This document shows positions 18,372-27,967 of a stretch of 64,000 bases of DNA, in pieces. The stretch's first letter is position 1, and each line of letters opens with the position of its first letter. This stretch comes from Deltaproteobacteria bacterium (GTDB lineage Bacteria; Myxococcota_A; Polyangia; Fen-1088), in assembly GCA_034439895.1 (NCBI GenBank), contig JAWXBF010000013.1, forward strand, positions 1,888-65,887, read 5' to 3'. The notes below the pieces were generated by a model. The model did no database searches and was not told where the DNA came from. It saw only the letters and a program-made list of their open reading frames with translations. Both the position numbers and the translations under genes were made by a program.

Positions 18372-20843
18372 TTGGTGCACTTGCCTATTTTCGTGGGTTC
18401 CCTGGCGTTTGGAATGGCGCTGGGTCTGATTTTGCCCCGCGAAGCCTTCCCGTGGACCGTGGGTGGCGTTAGCCTGGTTGCGATCGCCTTTGCCGCAAAG
18501 CGCTACGGGTTCATTGCGGGCATCCTGGTGCTCGTTTCTGGCGGTCTGTATGGGTCGATGCGTGCGACGGCGCACATCGACGGTCCGATTGGCGCAGCAC
18601 TCGCGATTGCGAGGACAGTACACGGGATGGGGCATGTCGATCTGGTGGAGTTGCGCGACGGACGTGGCCCGCGTCTCGTGTTGTCGTCCATTGCCTTTTC
18701 CGGGAAAGCCAGGGCCGGTTGGGATGAGCGGATCGAATTGTTCGTATCACACGGCACGACCTCCCTTTTGCCGGGCGACTGGGTTGCCTTTCAAGCGTTG
18801 CTCGAGGGTCCCCGTGGTTTCGCGAATCCGGGCGCAACCGACGGACGATTGAGCGCTGCCACCCGGGGCATTGTGGCGCGCGGCCATGTGAGTGCCACGG
18901 GGGAGCTTCGGATGGTGGCGCCGGGATCGTCGTGGGGTCCGCGCCGGCTCGCCCATCAGGCTCGGCAAGCCATGCGCAGACAACTCGAGCGTGCGCTCTC
19001 GGCCCAGGTCGCACTCTTTCTACGCACGGCCGTGTTGGGCGAACGTGCGGCCTCGGGAGCGGATGTCGAGGCCGGCTTCAAGGCCGCCGGGGCGACGCAC
19101 GCGCTGTCGGTCTCGGGACTGCACCTCGCTGCCGTTGCCGCAGTGTTGTTTTTGCTCGTGCGACGATTGTTTGGTTTGTCGACCCGCCTGAGCCTGCGCG
19201 CCAGTCCATCGTTGCTCGCAGCGCTTCTGTGCATACCCGCAGTCGTTTTTTATACGCTCGTAACCGGCGAAGCGATTGCCACCTGGCGATCGGCGCTGAT
19301 GGCGTCGGTCGTTTTCGGCGCACTGGTCGTCAATCGAAAATTCTCGCTCGCACACGGCGTTGCGATGGCGGCCCTGTTGGTGCTGATCGATTCACCGTTG
19401 TGGCTGATCGATCCGTCGTTTCAACTGTCCTTCGTTTCGGTTATTGCGCTTGGTCTGTTCTCCCGGGCGTTTGCCCCGCAAGAAGCGGTCGACGGTTCTG
19501 GACGCGGGTTGTGGTACGCGTCGCGTCGGTGGTTGTTGAGCGCGCTCGGGGCAACCACAGCCGCGGGGCTTTGCACGACACCTCTTGTCGCCCACCACTT
19601 CGGCGAGATAACGCCGGCTGCGTTCCTCGGCAACCTCGTTTTGACTCCCCAGGTCGAGCTGCTCATCGTTCCGCTCGGACTCTTTGGCGCCGTGCTTGCG
19701 CTCATCCATCCGATCCTCGGCTGGCTGCCGTTGTCACTGGCCGAATACGCGACGCGACTCGCCCTCGTCACCGCAGAGGCCTTCGCAAACCACGCCCCCA
19801 TCTGGCGTTGTCGCTATCCCAATCCCCTCGAAACGGCCTGTCTTACGCTCGGCGTGGCTTGCGCGTTGATGGCGTTTCGCAGCGTCCGTCAAGGCGCCGA
19901 ACCCCGACGGATCCGTCGCTGGATCAAGGTATCCGCGGTGTGGCTCGCAGGTGCGATCCTGTCGCTCTCGTATCGCGAGTTGTCTCGCAGGCTTTCGAAC
20001 GAGGTCGAGATCACCTTCATCGACGTGGGGCAAGGGGATGCGGCGCTGGTGATTGGGCCCCGCGGATTCGTGATGTTGGTGGATGGCGGCGGATTACCAG
20101 GCTCTGATTACGATGTGGGCAAACGGATCGTCGAACCGCTGTTGCGGCGCAAGGGCATCGCCAAAATCGATCTTGCGGTGCTGTCCCACGCGCATCCGGA
20201 CCACATGTTGGGCCTGATGCACGTTTTCGACCGATTCGAGATCACCACCCTCTGGGCGGCCGTTGCACCTGGCGAAAGTGAGCTCTTCGATGCGATGGTC
20301 AAACGCGGTCGAGAAAGAGGCACGCAAATGCCCATTCCGCTGCCGTTGTCTCGCGACGGGCTTGCCCTCGAACCGCTTGGACCCATGCTCTCCTCACCCG
20401 ATGGCCAGGGCGGATGGCGCGACACGATTGGCCGTCCCGAGGGCCTTGGCGCCAACGACGCATCCCTGAGTGTTCGGCTGTCGTTTGCGGGTCGCAGTGT
20501 TTTGTTTGCGGGCGACGTCGAGGCTGCGGGTGAAACCGAACTGTGCGGGCGTGATCGCGCGGGACTTTTCGGAAACGTCGGATTGCATGCGGACCTGCTG
20601 AAAGTGCCGCACCACGGAAGCCGGACGTCGTCATCGGCGGAGTTTCTTGATGCCGTGGCGCCGTCCATCGCGATCATTTCCGATGGCGTCAACAATCGCT
20701 TCGGATTTCCCCACGCCGAAGTTCTCGAGCGATACCAGGCGCGGCCGATCCGGTTGTTGCGAACCGATCAGTCGGGCGCAATCACGATTCGGATCGAGCC
20801 GTCTGGAAAAATCGACGCAACCTGCGTACTCGGATGTCGATAA
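18372..20843 (+). CDS. comEC: DNA internalization competence protein ComEC/Rec2 with C-terminal metallo-beta-lactamase domain
   Basis: N-terminal polytopic competence domain. C-terminal MBL (TFIDVGQGDAALV...LSHAHPDHMLGL...HHGSRTSSS...AIISDG). Confidence 0.85.
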   Translation: MVHLPIFVGSLAFGMALGLILPREAFPWTVGGVSLVAIAFAAKRYGFIAGILVLVSGGLYGSMRATAHIDGPIGAALAIARTVHGMGHVDLVELRDGRGPRLVLSSIAFSGKARAGWDERIELFVSHGTTSLLPGDWVAFQALLEGPRGFANPGATDGRLSAATRGIVARGHVSATGELRMVAPGSSWGPRRLAHQARQAMRRQLERALSAQVALFLRTAVLGERAASGADVEAGFKAAGATHALSVSGLHLAAVAAVLFLLVRRLFGLSTRLSLRASPSLLAALLCIPAVVFYTLVTGEAIATWRSALMASVVFGALVVNRKFSLAHGVAMAALLVLIDSPLWLIDPSFQLSFVSVIALGLFSRAFAPQEAVDGSGRGLWYASRRWLLSALGATTAAGLCTTPLVAHHFGEITPAAFLGNLVLTPQVELLIVPLGLFGAVLALIHPILGWLPLSLAEYATRLALVTAEAFANHAPIWRCRYPNPLETACLTLGVACALMAFRSVRQGAEPRRIRRWIKVSAVWLAGAILSLSYRELSRRLSNEVEITFIDVGQGDAALVIGPRGFVMLVDGGGLPGSDYDVGKRIVEPLLRRKGIAKIDLAVLSHAHPDHMLGLMHVFDRFEITTLWAAVAPGESELFDAMVKRGRERGTQMPIPLPLSRDGLALEPLGPMLSSPDGQGGWRDTIGRPEGLGANDASLSVRLSFAGRSVLFAGDVEAAGETELCGRDRAGLFGNVGLHADLLKVPHHGSRTSSSAEFLDAVAPSIAIISDGVNNRFGFPHAEVLERYQARPIRLLRTDQSGAITIRIEPSGKIDATCVLGCR

Positions 20844-20849
20844 CGACGC

Positions 20850-21929
20850 ATGACCCTATTTCGCGCGTTACTGATCCTGGTTTGCTCGGCCCACGTTGCT
20901 GGTTGTTCCCGTACACAACGGCCGCTGCACCCCCGGTCGATCGAATTTCAACGCCGCGGCGCCGAGGCACTTGCCCAGTCCGAATTTGATCGCGCAGCGG
21001 GTCTATTTTCCCTGGCGCTTGAATACGAACCTCGACTGCCCGAGGCTCACAACGGACTTGGATTGGTGGCACGAACGCGCGGGGATACGTTGTTGGCGGA
21101 AACGCTTTTTCGCCGCGCGCTCGCGATCAACCCGAACTTTGCCGAAGCCCACGTGAACCTCGGATGGATTCAATTTGAACGGCACAATCTTCCACTGGCC
21201 GCCCAACATTTCTCCCAGGCCCTCGCAATCGATCCGGGTTTTCCCGTGGCCAGGTTGGGCGCGGGGCAGACCGAACTCAGTCGAGGCCGACTCGAGACGG
21301 CGCACTGGCATCTTCGAAAACTCGTTGAGGTAAAACCGCGCGATGCGCACGGACATGGCGCATTGGCGCTTGTGCTCGCACGTCTGGGTCGGCCTGCCGA
21401 TGCGGAAGCGGAAGCACAAAGGGCGCTCGATCTTGAATCTGAAAATGCACTGGCGCACCGCGCGCGCGGCGAGATATTGATGGCAGGAGGACACGCGGAG
21501 GCCGCTGCGGAAGCCTTTCACAGAGCCTTGCATACCGATCCATCGGATGTCGATGCGCGACTGGGTCTTGCGACGGTCTTGATTGAAAAGGGTGATTTCA
21601 GTGCGGCCGCGGGTGAGCTTGAGCGGGCGCACGAATCCGCCCCCGAACGCGTCGAGGTGGCCTTCGTGCGTGCGTACCTTGAACTGCGACACAACAATCC
21701 GATGGGTGCGGAAAAAGCCGCGCGAGAAGCGCTACAAATGAACGCAGATTTTGTCGCCGCGCAGTTGATCCTGGCCGAGGCGCTATTGCGTCAGTCACGC
21801 AAAGTCGAAGGCCGCTCGACCCTGGTCGCATTCATCCGGTCCGCGCCGAATACCATGGAAAGGCAACGCGCCGCCGCCCAATCCTTGCTCGACGCGATGG
21901 ATCGGGGCGACAACGTGTACGGACGCTAG
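20850..21929 (+). CDS. TPR-repeat lipoprotein
   Basis: Signal/lipobox LILVCSAHVAGC. About eight TPR units (AHNGLGLV..., AEAHVNLGWI..., ALAHRARGEIL...). Confidence 0.6.
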   Translation: MTLFRALLILVCSAHVAGCSRTQRPLHPRSIEFQRRGAEALAQSEFDRAAGLFSLALEYEPRLPEAHNGLGLVARTRGDTLLAETLFRRALAINPNFAEAHVNLGWIQFERHNLPLAAQHFSQALAIDPGFPVARLGAGQTELSRGRLETAHWHLRKLVEVKPRDAHGHGALALVLARLGRPADAEAEAQRALDLESENALAHRARGEILMAGGHAEAAAEAFHRALHTDPSDVDARLGLATVLIEKGDFSAAAGELERAHESAPERVEVAFVRAYLELRHNNPMGAEKAAREALQMNADFVAAQLILAEALLRQSRKVEGRSTLVAFIRSAPNTMERQRAAAQSLLDAMDRGDNVYGR

Positions 21930-22480
21930 TTGCCGTGTCGTTTGGTGGGTACCGCGCCGATTCCCAGGCAACCGCCACACAACGGGATGCAGTTCGAGCG
22001 AAAGTCGCGGGTCACCCGCCATGAAGAACCACAGGCGACGCAGTTGAGGTTGCTGGTATTGGGGCGACCCACCGATGCCACGTCGAGGTTGTTCAAGGTT
22101 TCACGCGTCACCATGCCGACCAGAAATTGCCCCGTCACGACGGGCAAACAATCGACGGCGTTTTCGTCCATGATTCCTTCGGCTTCATCCACCGTGGTTT
22201 CGGGCGAGATACACAATACGGGCGAGCTCATGCAATCGGACACCATCGTGCCTGAACGCGCCGAGTGCAGGTCGCGATCGCAAACGATTCCGGTCAAACC
22301 ACCGTCGTCCACAACCAGAAAGAAGTTTACCTTCTTGTTGTCGGCAAGCCGAAGGGCGGCCGCGACGCCGGTGTCCGGTGTAACCGTAAAAAGATGCGTT
22401 CCCATCACTTCCGCAACCGAGCGGGACTCCGCGTCTTCCGCATTCGATTCCGATCGGCTCACCTTGCGATTGCTCGACAT
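21926..22480 (-). CDS. CBS-pair domain protein with C-terminal CxxC...CxxC zinc-ribbon-like tail
   Basis: Two CBS motifs (HLFTVTPDTGVAAALRL..., VSDCMSSPVLCISPETTVDEAEGIM). C-terminal NCVACGSSW...CIPLCGGC. Start at MSSNRK. Confidence 0.6.
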   Translation of the reverse strand: MSSNRKVSRSESNAEDAESRSVAEVMGTHLFTVTPDTGVAAALRLADNKKVNFFLVVDDGGLTGIVCDRDLHSARSGTMVSDCMSSPVLCISPETTVDEAEGIMDENAVDCLPVVTGQFLVGMVTRETLNNLDVASVGRPNTSNLNCVACGSSWRVTRDFRSNCIPLCGGCLGIGAVPTKRHGN

Positions 22481-22726
22481 GGTCTGCTCCTTTGGATTGG
22501 ACGCCCGGGTTGCGACGCCCACCCAATGAATCGCCCGAAAACCTGCGTCGCTTGGGGGTTGGATGCTTCAAGTCCCGTGCCAGATTCACGATCGTTGTGA
22601 TTACAGGTGGTTGGGCTATGCCGCGGCGAGCGGATCACCCGGAGATCTGACACGACTGTCAGGGTTTGCCCCCAAACTGTTGCGATCACATCTGCGACTT
22701 TTGCCCACCTACCGGCAAGGCAATGT

Positions 22727-24679
22727 TCAGTAGTCGATCGACAATTCGAGACCGACGGTGTGTTTCTCGAAGTTTTTGTCATCGAACGCGAATTCAACTG
22801 TGCTGCCGTTGTGCACGTAGTCATAGCGAAGGCCAAGGTCAACGTAGTCGCCTACCGGGTAGGCGAAGCTGACGGCCGTGGCAAATCGATTGTCTTTTCG
22901 GCGCAAGCGCATTTCGGTGCTGCGACCAAACGGGCCCGAGACTCGCAACACATTGTCGCCCTGGTAAGCAATCCTCTCGAAACTGAGTTCGACGGACAGA
23001 CGCAATTGCCCCCACGGCGTCGTCGTTCCGCTGATCGTTGCTGCATTCGAATGGTACGAATACGGCACGGTGTAAATGCCGGTCAGATTCTGTCGAACCG
23101 CTCCCAGATCAAGTTCGCGCGTGCCGATGTTTTCTCGCCGCGAACGCAATGAAACGTTTGCCCTTGCGCTTCGATAGCGGAACCGTTGTGTCAGCCGCAG
23201 GTCGCGTCGGGTACCTTCGTACAGGTCAAAGTCCGGATCCAGGGCGTTTTTTCTCGCCATTCGTAGTTCAAGCCAGGTGCTGGTGAAATGTCCTTCTTCC
23301 AGTCCAATCGACGGCATCAGCGAGAACACCGAAAGGAAGGGTGCAAAGGTTTCGATGCCCGCGATCTGGTATTCGCCCGACAGACCCAATCCTGCGTGAA
23401 ACGCGCCCGTTACGGTTTCGCTCAACAACGATGCATTGTGGACCTGCAAGCTAAAGTCATCCGCATCGGGATTCGAATACGCGATCTGATCGAGGGCGTA
23501 GCTTCCTTGCAAGGAAAACGCATCACGCCATTTGTGGGTGTAAACGGCTTCGGCGCTGGTCGTGAAGAAAAAGCTTTCCTTGTCGCCGTATTCCGCGTTG
23601 ACAACGTCGCTGCGCAGACCTCCCATAAGCAACACGTTCGAATCGTACCCGGATCCCGCCTGCGCCTGTAGCACCAACCCCGTGTTCTGCGCGGACAATC
23701 CCCATCCCAGCGCGGCTCGATAGGTTTGTGCCAGCGCTGCCGTTTCAGGGTCGATCTTCAAGTTCAAGGCGCGATCGAGATGGATTCGGGCTTCGTCGGC
23801 GCGATCGAGTCGGTAGTTCGCCATGGCGGCCTGATAGTGAAAGTCGGGATCATCTTCTGACAGCAACGCCGCTCGATTCAGGTGAAACCGTGCCACCTCG
23901 AAATTCCGCTGTCGGTAGTAGATCAATCCCAGCGCGAATTCGAGTTCGGCGCGATCGACAGCGGTGGCGCCGCGGGCTTCGGCCTCGGCAAGAGCCTTCT
24001 GGTAGAGCGCGATCGCCTCATGGGTTTTGCCTTCCCGGGTGGCCCGACTTCCGCCGTCGAGCGCGGCATCGATGTGGGTTTTCAATTCCAGCGTCGCTGC
24101 TTCGTCGATGTCCTGTTGCAATTCTTCGACATCTTCTTTGAACGCGTCCCGGTCGGGGGCTTGTTGCACCTCGGCCAGATGTTGTTTTGCCCGCGGGATC
24201 GTTTGTGCGTCGAAAGCGGCCTGTCCGGCATTGAGCAACGCAAGCGTCGAAAGCTCCGGCGCAAACTTGGCTGCCATCACAAAGGCCTGTTCGGCATCGA
24301 CATAGCGCTCAAGGGCGTAGTAGGTGGCCGCTTCGTTGAAGAACAACGACCCTTTGGAAGGCGGGTTCTGGGACTGCTTGGCCGCCGCAAAGGCTCGCAA
24401 CGCCTCTTCGTATCGTGTGGCACGAAAGCGCGCCATACCCAGTACGAAAAGAGCAGCGCCGTCGCCAGGCCGTGCGTCCAACATTGCGATGGCGCGGAAC
24501 GCCGCCCCATCGAAATCACCCGCTTTCATCAACCTTCGCGCACCGTCGAGCGGATCAAGCGCCGCTTGCCGGGTGGTGTCTTCCTGCGCCGAAGTGGGGA
24601 CTTGCGACCAAGCGCTGTCAGGCCCAACGAGAGCTAGCACGATCGCGAGCGTCAGGGATGGGCCCCGGGTTCGACTCAT
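22727..24679 (-). CDS. Outer-membrane protein: N-terminal TPR domain plus C-terminal beta-barrel (PgaA/BcsC/Slam-like architecture)
   Basis: Signal peptide LTLAIVLALVGPDSAWS. About 330 aa of TPR repeats. About 320 aa of alternating-hydrophobic beta-strand pattern ending in the aromatic residue ...LELSIDY*. Last gene of the ECF-sigma operon. Confidence 0.55.
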   Translation of the reverse strand: MSRTRGPSLTLAIVLALVGPDSAWSQVPTSAQEDTTRQAALDPLDGARRLMKAGDFDGAAFRAIAMLDARPGDGAALFVLGMARFRATRYEEALRAFAAAKQSQNPPSKGSLFFNEAATYYALERYVDAEQAFVMAAKFAPELSTLALLNAGQAAFDAQTIPRAKQHLAEVQQAPDRDAFKEDVEELQQDIDEAATLELKTHIDAALDGGSRATREGKTHEAIALYQKALAEAEARGATAVDRAELEFALGLIYYRQRNFEVARFHLNRAALLSEDDPDFHYQAAMANYRLDRADEARIHLDRALNLKIDPETAALAQTYRAALGWGLSAQNTGLVLQAQAGSGYDSNVLLMGGLRSDVVNAEYGDKESFFFTTSAEAVYTHKWRDAFSLQGSYALDQIAYSNPDADDFSLQVHNASLLSETVTGAFHAGLGLSGEYQIAGIETFAPFLSVFSLMPSIGLEEGHFTSTWLELRMARKNALDPDFDLYEGTRRDLRLTQRFRYRSARANVSLRSRRENIGTRELDLGAVRQNLTGIYTVPYSYHSNAATISGTTTPWGQLRLSVELSFERIAYQGDNVLRVSGPFGRSTEMRLRRKDNRFATAVSFAYPVGDYVDLGLRYDYVHNGSTVEFAFDDKNFEKHTVGLELSIDY

Positions 24680-25143
24680 TGCGCTCGTCGGGGCGAGGCG
24701 ATTCGATTGGCTCTGATTTCGCGCACGCGATCGCGAAGCCGTTGCCGTCGTTCGCGGACACGCGAAGGATCTCGCCGTTGCGATCGCAACTCTGCCCGGC
24801 GCTCACTTGCAGCAGGCTCCGCTCCGCCCAACTGGACCTTCTCGATCGGGAGTGGCTTTTCCGCGTTGTCGAATCGGGGTGTCGCGGGATCGGCCTTTTG
24901 CTGCCGACGTTCGGCTCGAATCCGGCTAATCACATCTTCGAAGGCTTCGCCGTCGTCAACCAGCGTTACGGTCGTACGACCCGCTCGTACCCGCCGTCGC
25001 TCTTGCCGCTCCTCCCGTCGAGCTTCGCGTTTTTCCAGGCGCTCGTCTATGGGCGATGGTTGTTTATCATCGGCAAGCGCAACACCCATTGGTCCGAAGC
25101 TCAGCATCGCAAGGGTTACCACTGTCATCGTGGAACGTTTCAT
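24676..25143 (-). CDS. Secreted Arg/Glu-rich low-complexity protein
   Basis: Signal peptide MKRSTMTVVTLAMLSFGPMGVALA. Mature part dominated by RRE/ERR runs. 4-nt overlaps with both neighbours. Confidence 0.5.
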   Translation of the reverse strand: MKRSTMTVVTLAMLSFGPMGVALADDKQPSPIDERLEKREARREERQERRRVRAGRTTVTLVDDGEAFEDVISRIRAERRQQKADPATPRFDNAEKPLPIEKVQLGGAEPAASERRAELRSQRRDPSRVRERRQRLRDRVREIRANRIASPRRAQ

Positions 25144-25790
25144 GATGCACCTTCCACCTGAAGCAAGATCTCCTGTTCGATCACCTGATCCGCGATCTCG
25201 GCCCGCGCCTTGACGCGATAAAGTCCTGGCTTTTCACCCCGCACGGCAACCGGTAATACGTTTTCACCGGCCTCAAGGGTACCGGGCCAACGAAAGCGCC
25301 GTTCGGCCATCGCTTCCCCCTTGCTAGAGAACGACAACCCTTCGGGCAGATCTACCTCGAACGTGACGTCTTCGACGCGGACTTCGGCGGTGAAGTTCAG
25401 GTGGATGACCGCGGTTCGCGACGAGGGCACGCTGTGGGCGAGGGCAGGGGCTGGTGCGATCTCTGCGATTTTCGGCATCGCCACGGTTGTCGTTGTCGTC
25501 CCGGTCGTCGCCATTTCGGCGGGCGGGTGCTGCATCGCCATCAAAAACGCAAACGTTGCCGCTCCGGTTGCGACGCCAACCGCAGGCCAGCCGAGCGCCG
25601 GATGTTCAGCAAACCACTGGCGTGCACGCTCGAACCAACCTTGCGGCTCCGGCGGTCCCGCTGCCACCAGTGTGCGATGCAGTCCCATCCGGAAATCGCG
25701 CCCGGGCAGGTCCTCAACGTGCGCCCGCAGCGCGCGCAGACGACGGCTGATATCCGCGTCGTCGTTGTGATTCAGATCGTTGGGATTCAT
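25140..25790 (-). CDS. Anti-sigma factor (single-pass membrane protein)
   Basis: Located directly 3' of the ECF sigma with ATGA overlap. N-terminal cytoplasmic helix region. One TM helix (PALGWPAVGVATGAATFAFLMA). Periplasmic C-terminal domain. Confidence 0.55.
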   Translation of the reverse strand: MNPNDLNHNDDADISRRLRALRAHVEDLPGRDFRMGLHRTLVAAGPPEPQGWFERARQWFAEHPALGWPAVGVATGAATFAFLMAMQHPPAEMATTGTTTTTVAMPKIAEIAPAPALAHSVPSSRTAVIHLNFTAEVRVEDVTFEVDLPEGLSFSSKGEAMAERRFRWPGTLEAGENVLPVAVRGEKPGLYRVKARAEIADQVIEQEILLQVEGAS

Positions 25791-26419
25791 CGGGTGCCTC
25801 TCGGTGCCAGGGGGGCTTCGTTGGGTTGGACGAGCTCGGATCGGTCAAGGTTCCGCTCGGACCCCAACAATCGACGCAGGTGTTCACGGGCTCGGTTTAG
25901 CCGGGACTTGACGGTCCCCAGCGCAACCTTTTCGATGGCCGCGATCTCGTCGTGGGACATCCCTTCGATATCGAACATGACGATGGTGCCTCGAAACTCG
26001 GGGGGCAATTGTTCGATGGCGCCCCACACCCGACGTCGTTCCTGTTCCTGTTCCAGACGGTGATCGGGCTGATTGGGCCCGTGGCCATCCAGATCAACCT
26101 GATCGTGCGTCCCAACCGTATAACTTTCTTCGACCGCGCGATTCCGGTGCGCACGGCTTTTCATTTCATCCAGAAATACGTTTCGAACGATCGCATAAAG
26201 CCAGGTCGAGAAGGCCGACGCAAAACGATAACTATTGATGGACTTGTACACCTTGATGATGGCGTCCTGAGCCAGATCGTCGGCCGCTGCGTCATCTTGT
26301 GCAAATGCGCGGGCGAAACGGCGGACTCGATCCAGGTGTTGGCCGATCAACGTCTCGAAAGCCCCCACATCGCCGCCCTGCGCCCTGGCAATAAGGTTGC
26401 GCTGAACATCGAGATCCAT
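25787..26419 (-). CDS. ECF (sigma-24 family) RNA polymerase sigma factor
   Basis: Region 2 (DDLAQDAIIKVYKSINSYRFASAFSTWLYAIVRN). Region 4 HTH (GMSHDEIAAIEKVALGTVKSRLNRAREHLR). Start taken at MDLDVQ; the 25787..26485 ORF extends further 5'. Confidence 0.85.
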   Translation of the reverse strand: MDLDVQRNLIARAQGGDVGAFETLIGQHLDRVRRFARAFAQDDAAADDLAQDAIIKVYKSINSYRFASAFSTWLYAIVRNVFLDEMKSRAHRNRAVEESYTVGTHDQVDLDGHGPNQPDHRLEQEQERRRVWGAIEQLPPEFRGTIVMFDIEGMSHDEIAAIEKVALGTVKSRLNRAREHLRRLLGSERNLDRSELVQPNEAPLAPRGTR

Positions 26420-26665
26420 CGATGTGTTGGGCGCGACCAGCTGGGCTTCATTTTCGTTCATGTTGATGAAGGTGGCCTCTGCCATGACATCGTTAGACGA
26501 CAGGCGGATGTTAAAGGTTCCCGGCGCAAGTCATTGAAAAAAGACGAGAAAATAAGTTTCTTTCGGGAACGTCGGGCCGCGGGATTCCGTCCTACGGACA
26601 GAACGAAACCAATCCGGTGCGAACGCAAAGCGTCCCCGGGGAACCCAACTGAGGAGAACGACACC

Positions 26666-27094
26666 ATGAAAACGATTCTTTTGACCGCCTTCCTTTGCTT
26701 GCCAGCCACCCTCGCTTTCGCTGAGCCCACACCAGCCGCCGCGGGAGCCGGTGAAGTGCGTGCGGATATTCGCGAGATTCGTCAAGATCGCCGAGAGCTG
26801 CACCAAGACCGCAAGGAGATTCGAGGCGACAAAAAAGAGCTGCGTCAGGATCGCAAGGAGATCCGCGGTGACAAGCAAGCGATGCACGCGGCGGCCGCGT
26901 CGGGCGATCGAAAGGCCTTCGCTGTGGCTCGCCACGAAATGCGCCAGGATCGCCGCGAGATGCGCCAGGATCGTCGTGAGTTGCGCGGCGACAAGCGTGA
27001 ATTGCACCAGGATCGTCGCGAGTTGAATCGCGACCGCCGCGAAACCCGTGGCGATATCCGTCAGGCTCGGCAGGCTCGCCGGGCCGGAAACTAA
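26666..27094 (+). CDS. Small secreted protein built of ~11-residue charged repeats (RQDRRELxxDRKEIRGDK)
   Basis: GAGGAG RBS 10 nt upstream of ATG 26666. Signal peptide MKTILLTAFLCLPATLAFA. The mature protein is all R/E/D/K heptad/undecad-like repeats. The underlying DNA is a ~33-bp imperfect tandem repeat. The annotated 25952..27094 ORF is an artefactual 5' extension, antisense to the sigma gene. Confidence 0.55.
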   Translation: MKTILLTAFLCLPATLAFAEPTPAAAGAGEVRADIREIRQDRRELHQDRKEIRGDKKELRQDRKEIRGDKQAMHAAAASGDRKAFAVARHEMRQDRREMRQDRRELRGDKRELHQDRRELNRDRRETRGDIRQARQARRAGN

Positions 27095-27172
27095 TTCGGC
27101 AAAAAGCAGTACCCCGTGGCCCGGATCCCTGAAACACAGGGGTTCGGGCTTTTTGTTGTATCGTGCGACGCC

Positions 27173-27943
27173 ATGAATCGCGTTGTCACTCGAATGCTCC
27201 CAGCACCCCTGTTGCTGGGTCTATTTTTCTCGTCTCCGACCGCTGCGGCACCGCCGGCCAAAACGGCTGCGGGGTTGCGCTTTGCTGCGAACGACAAACT
27301 GATCATCATCGGCGATTCGATCACGGATGCAGGTCGCAAACCTTCGGGCGAGGGATTGTTCGATGCCGTCGGCAAGGGGTGGGTGGCTCTTGTCGACGGT
27401 CTGCTTGGATCAGCCTATCCGGCGTTGCAGATCCGGGTCATCAACAAGGGCACAAGTGGTCACACCACGCGCGATCTAAAAGCGCGCTGGGACGCCGACG
27501 TTTTGGCGCCTTCGCCGCAGTGGGTGGTGGTCATGATCGGCACCAACGACGTGTGGCGACAGTTCGATGTGCCACGAATGAAGGAAGACGCCGTGCTGAT
27601 CGACGAGTACGAGAAAAACTTGGATGAACTCGTCAGCAAGACGATTCCTCGGGTCAAGGGCATGATCTTGATGACGCCGTTTTATATCGAGCCCAACAAG
27701 GGCGATGCGATGCGCGCCACGATGGATCGCTATGGCGCCGTGGTGAAGAAGCTCGCGGTGAAGTACAAGACGATGTTTGTCGACACCCAGGCTGCCTTTG
27801 ATGCCCTGATGCCGCATTATTATCCCGCGACGATCGCCTGGGATCGCGTGCATCCGAATCACATCGGCACAATGGCCCTGGCGCGTGCGTTTCTGGGGGT
27901 GGTTGGCTTTTCGTGGACCGGAGCGCCGTCGTTGAAGCATTGA
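27173..27943 (+). CDS. Secreted SGNH/GDSL-family hydrolase (lipase/acylesterase-like)
   Basis: Signal peptide, then block I LIIIGDSITDAG (catalytic Ser), block III GTND, and a C-terminal D..HP block (DRVHPNHIG). Confidence 0.8.
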   Translation: MNRVVTRMLPAPLLLGLFFSSPTAAAPPAKTAAGLRFAANDKLIIIGDSITDAGRKPSGEGLFDAVGKGWVALVDGLLGSAYPALQIRVINKGTSGHTTRDLKARWDADVLAPSPQWVVVMIGTNDVWRQFDVPRMKEDAVLIDEYEKNLDELVSKTIPRVKGMILMTPFYIEPNKGDAMRATMDRYGAVVKKLAVKYKTMFVDTQAAFDALMPHYYPATIAWDRVHPNHIGTMALARAFLGVVGFSWTGAPSLKH

Positions 27944-27967
27944 AGTCGGGGCTGGGGAGCGACGACG

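Noticed and set aside
18932-20107. 391-aa ORF in an alternative frame inside comEC, and several minus-strand ORFs there
   Set aside because: Arg/Ala/Pro-rich translation typical of off-frame high-GC reading. comEC in frame +3 is complete and conserved.
25952-27094. 380-aa ORF on the + strand spanning the ECF sigma locus
   Set aside because: Its first ~700 nt are antisense to the well-supported ECF sigma gene and have no protein-like features. A strong GAGGAG RBS plus signal peptide mark the real start at 26666 in the same frame.
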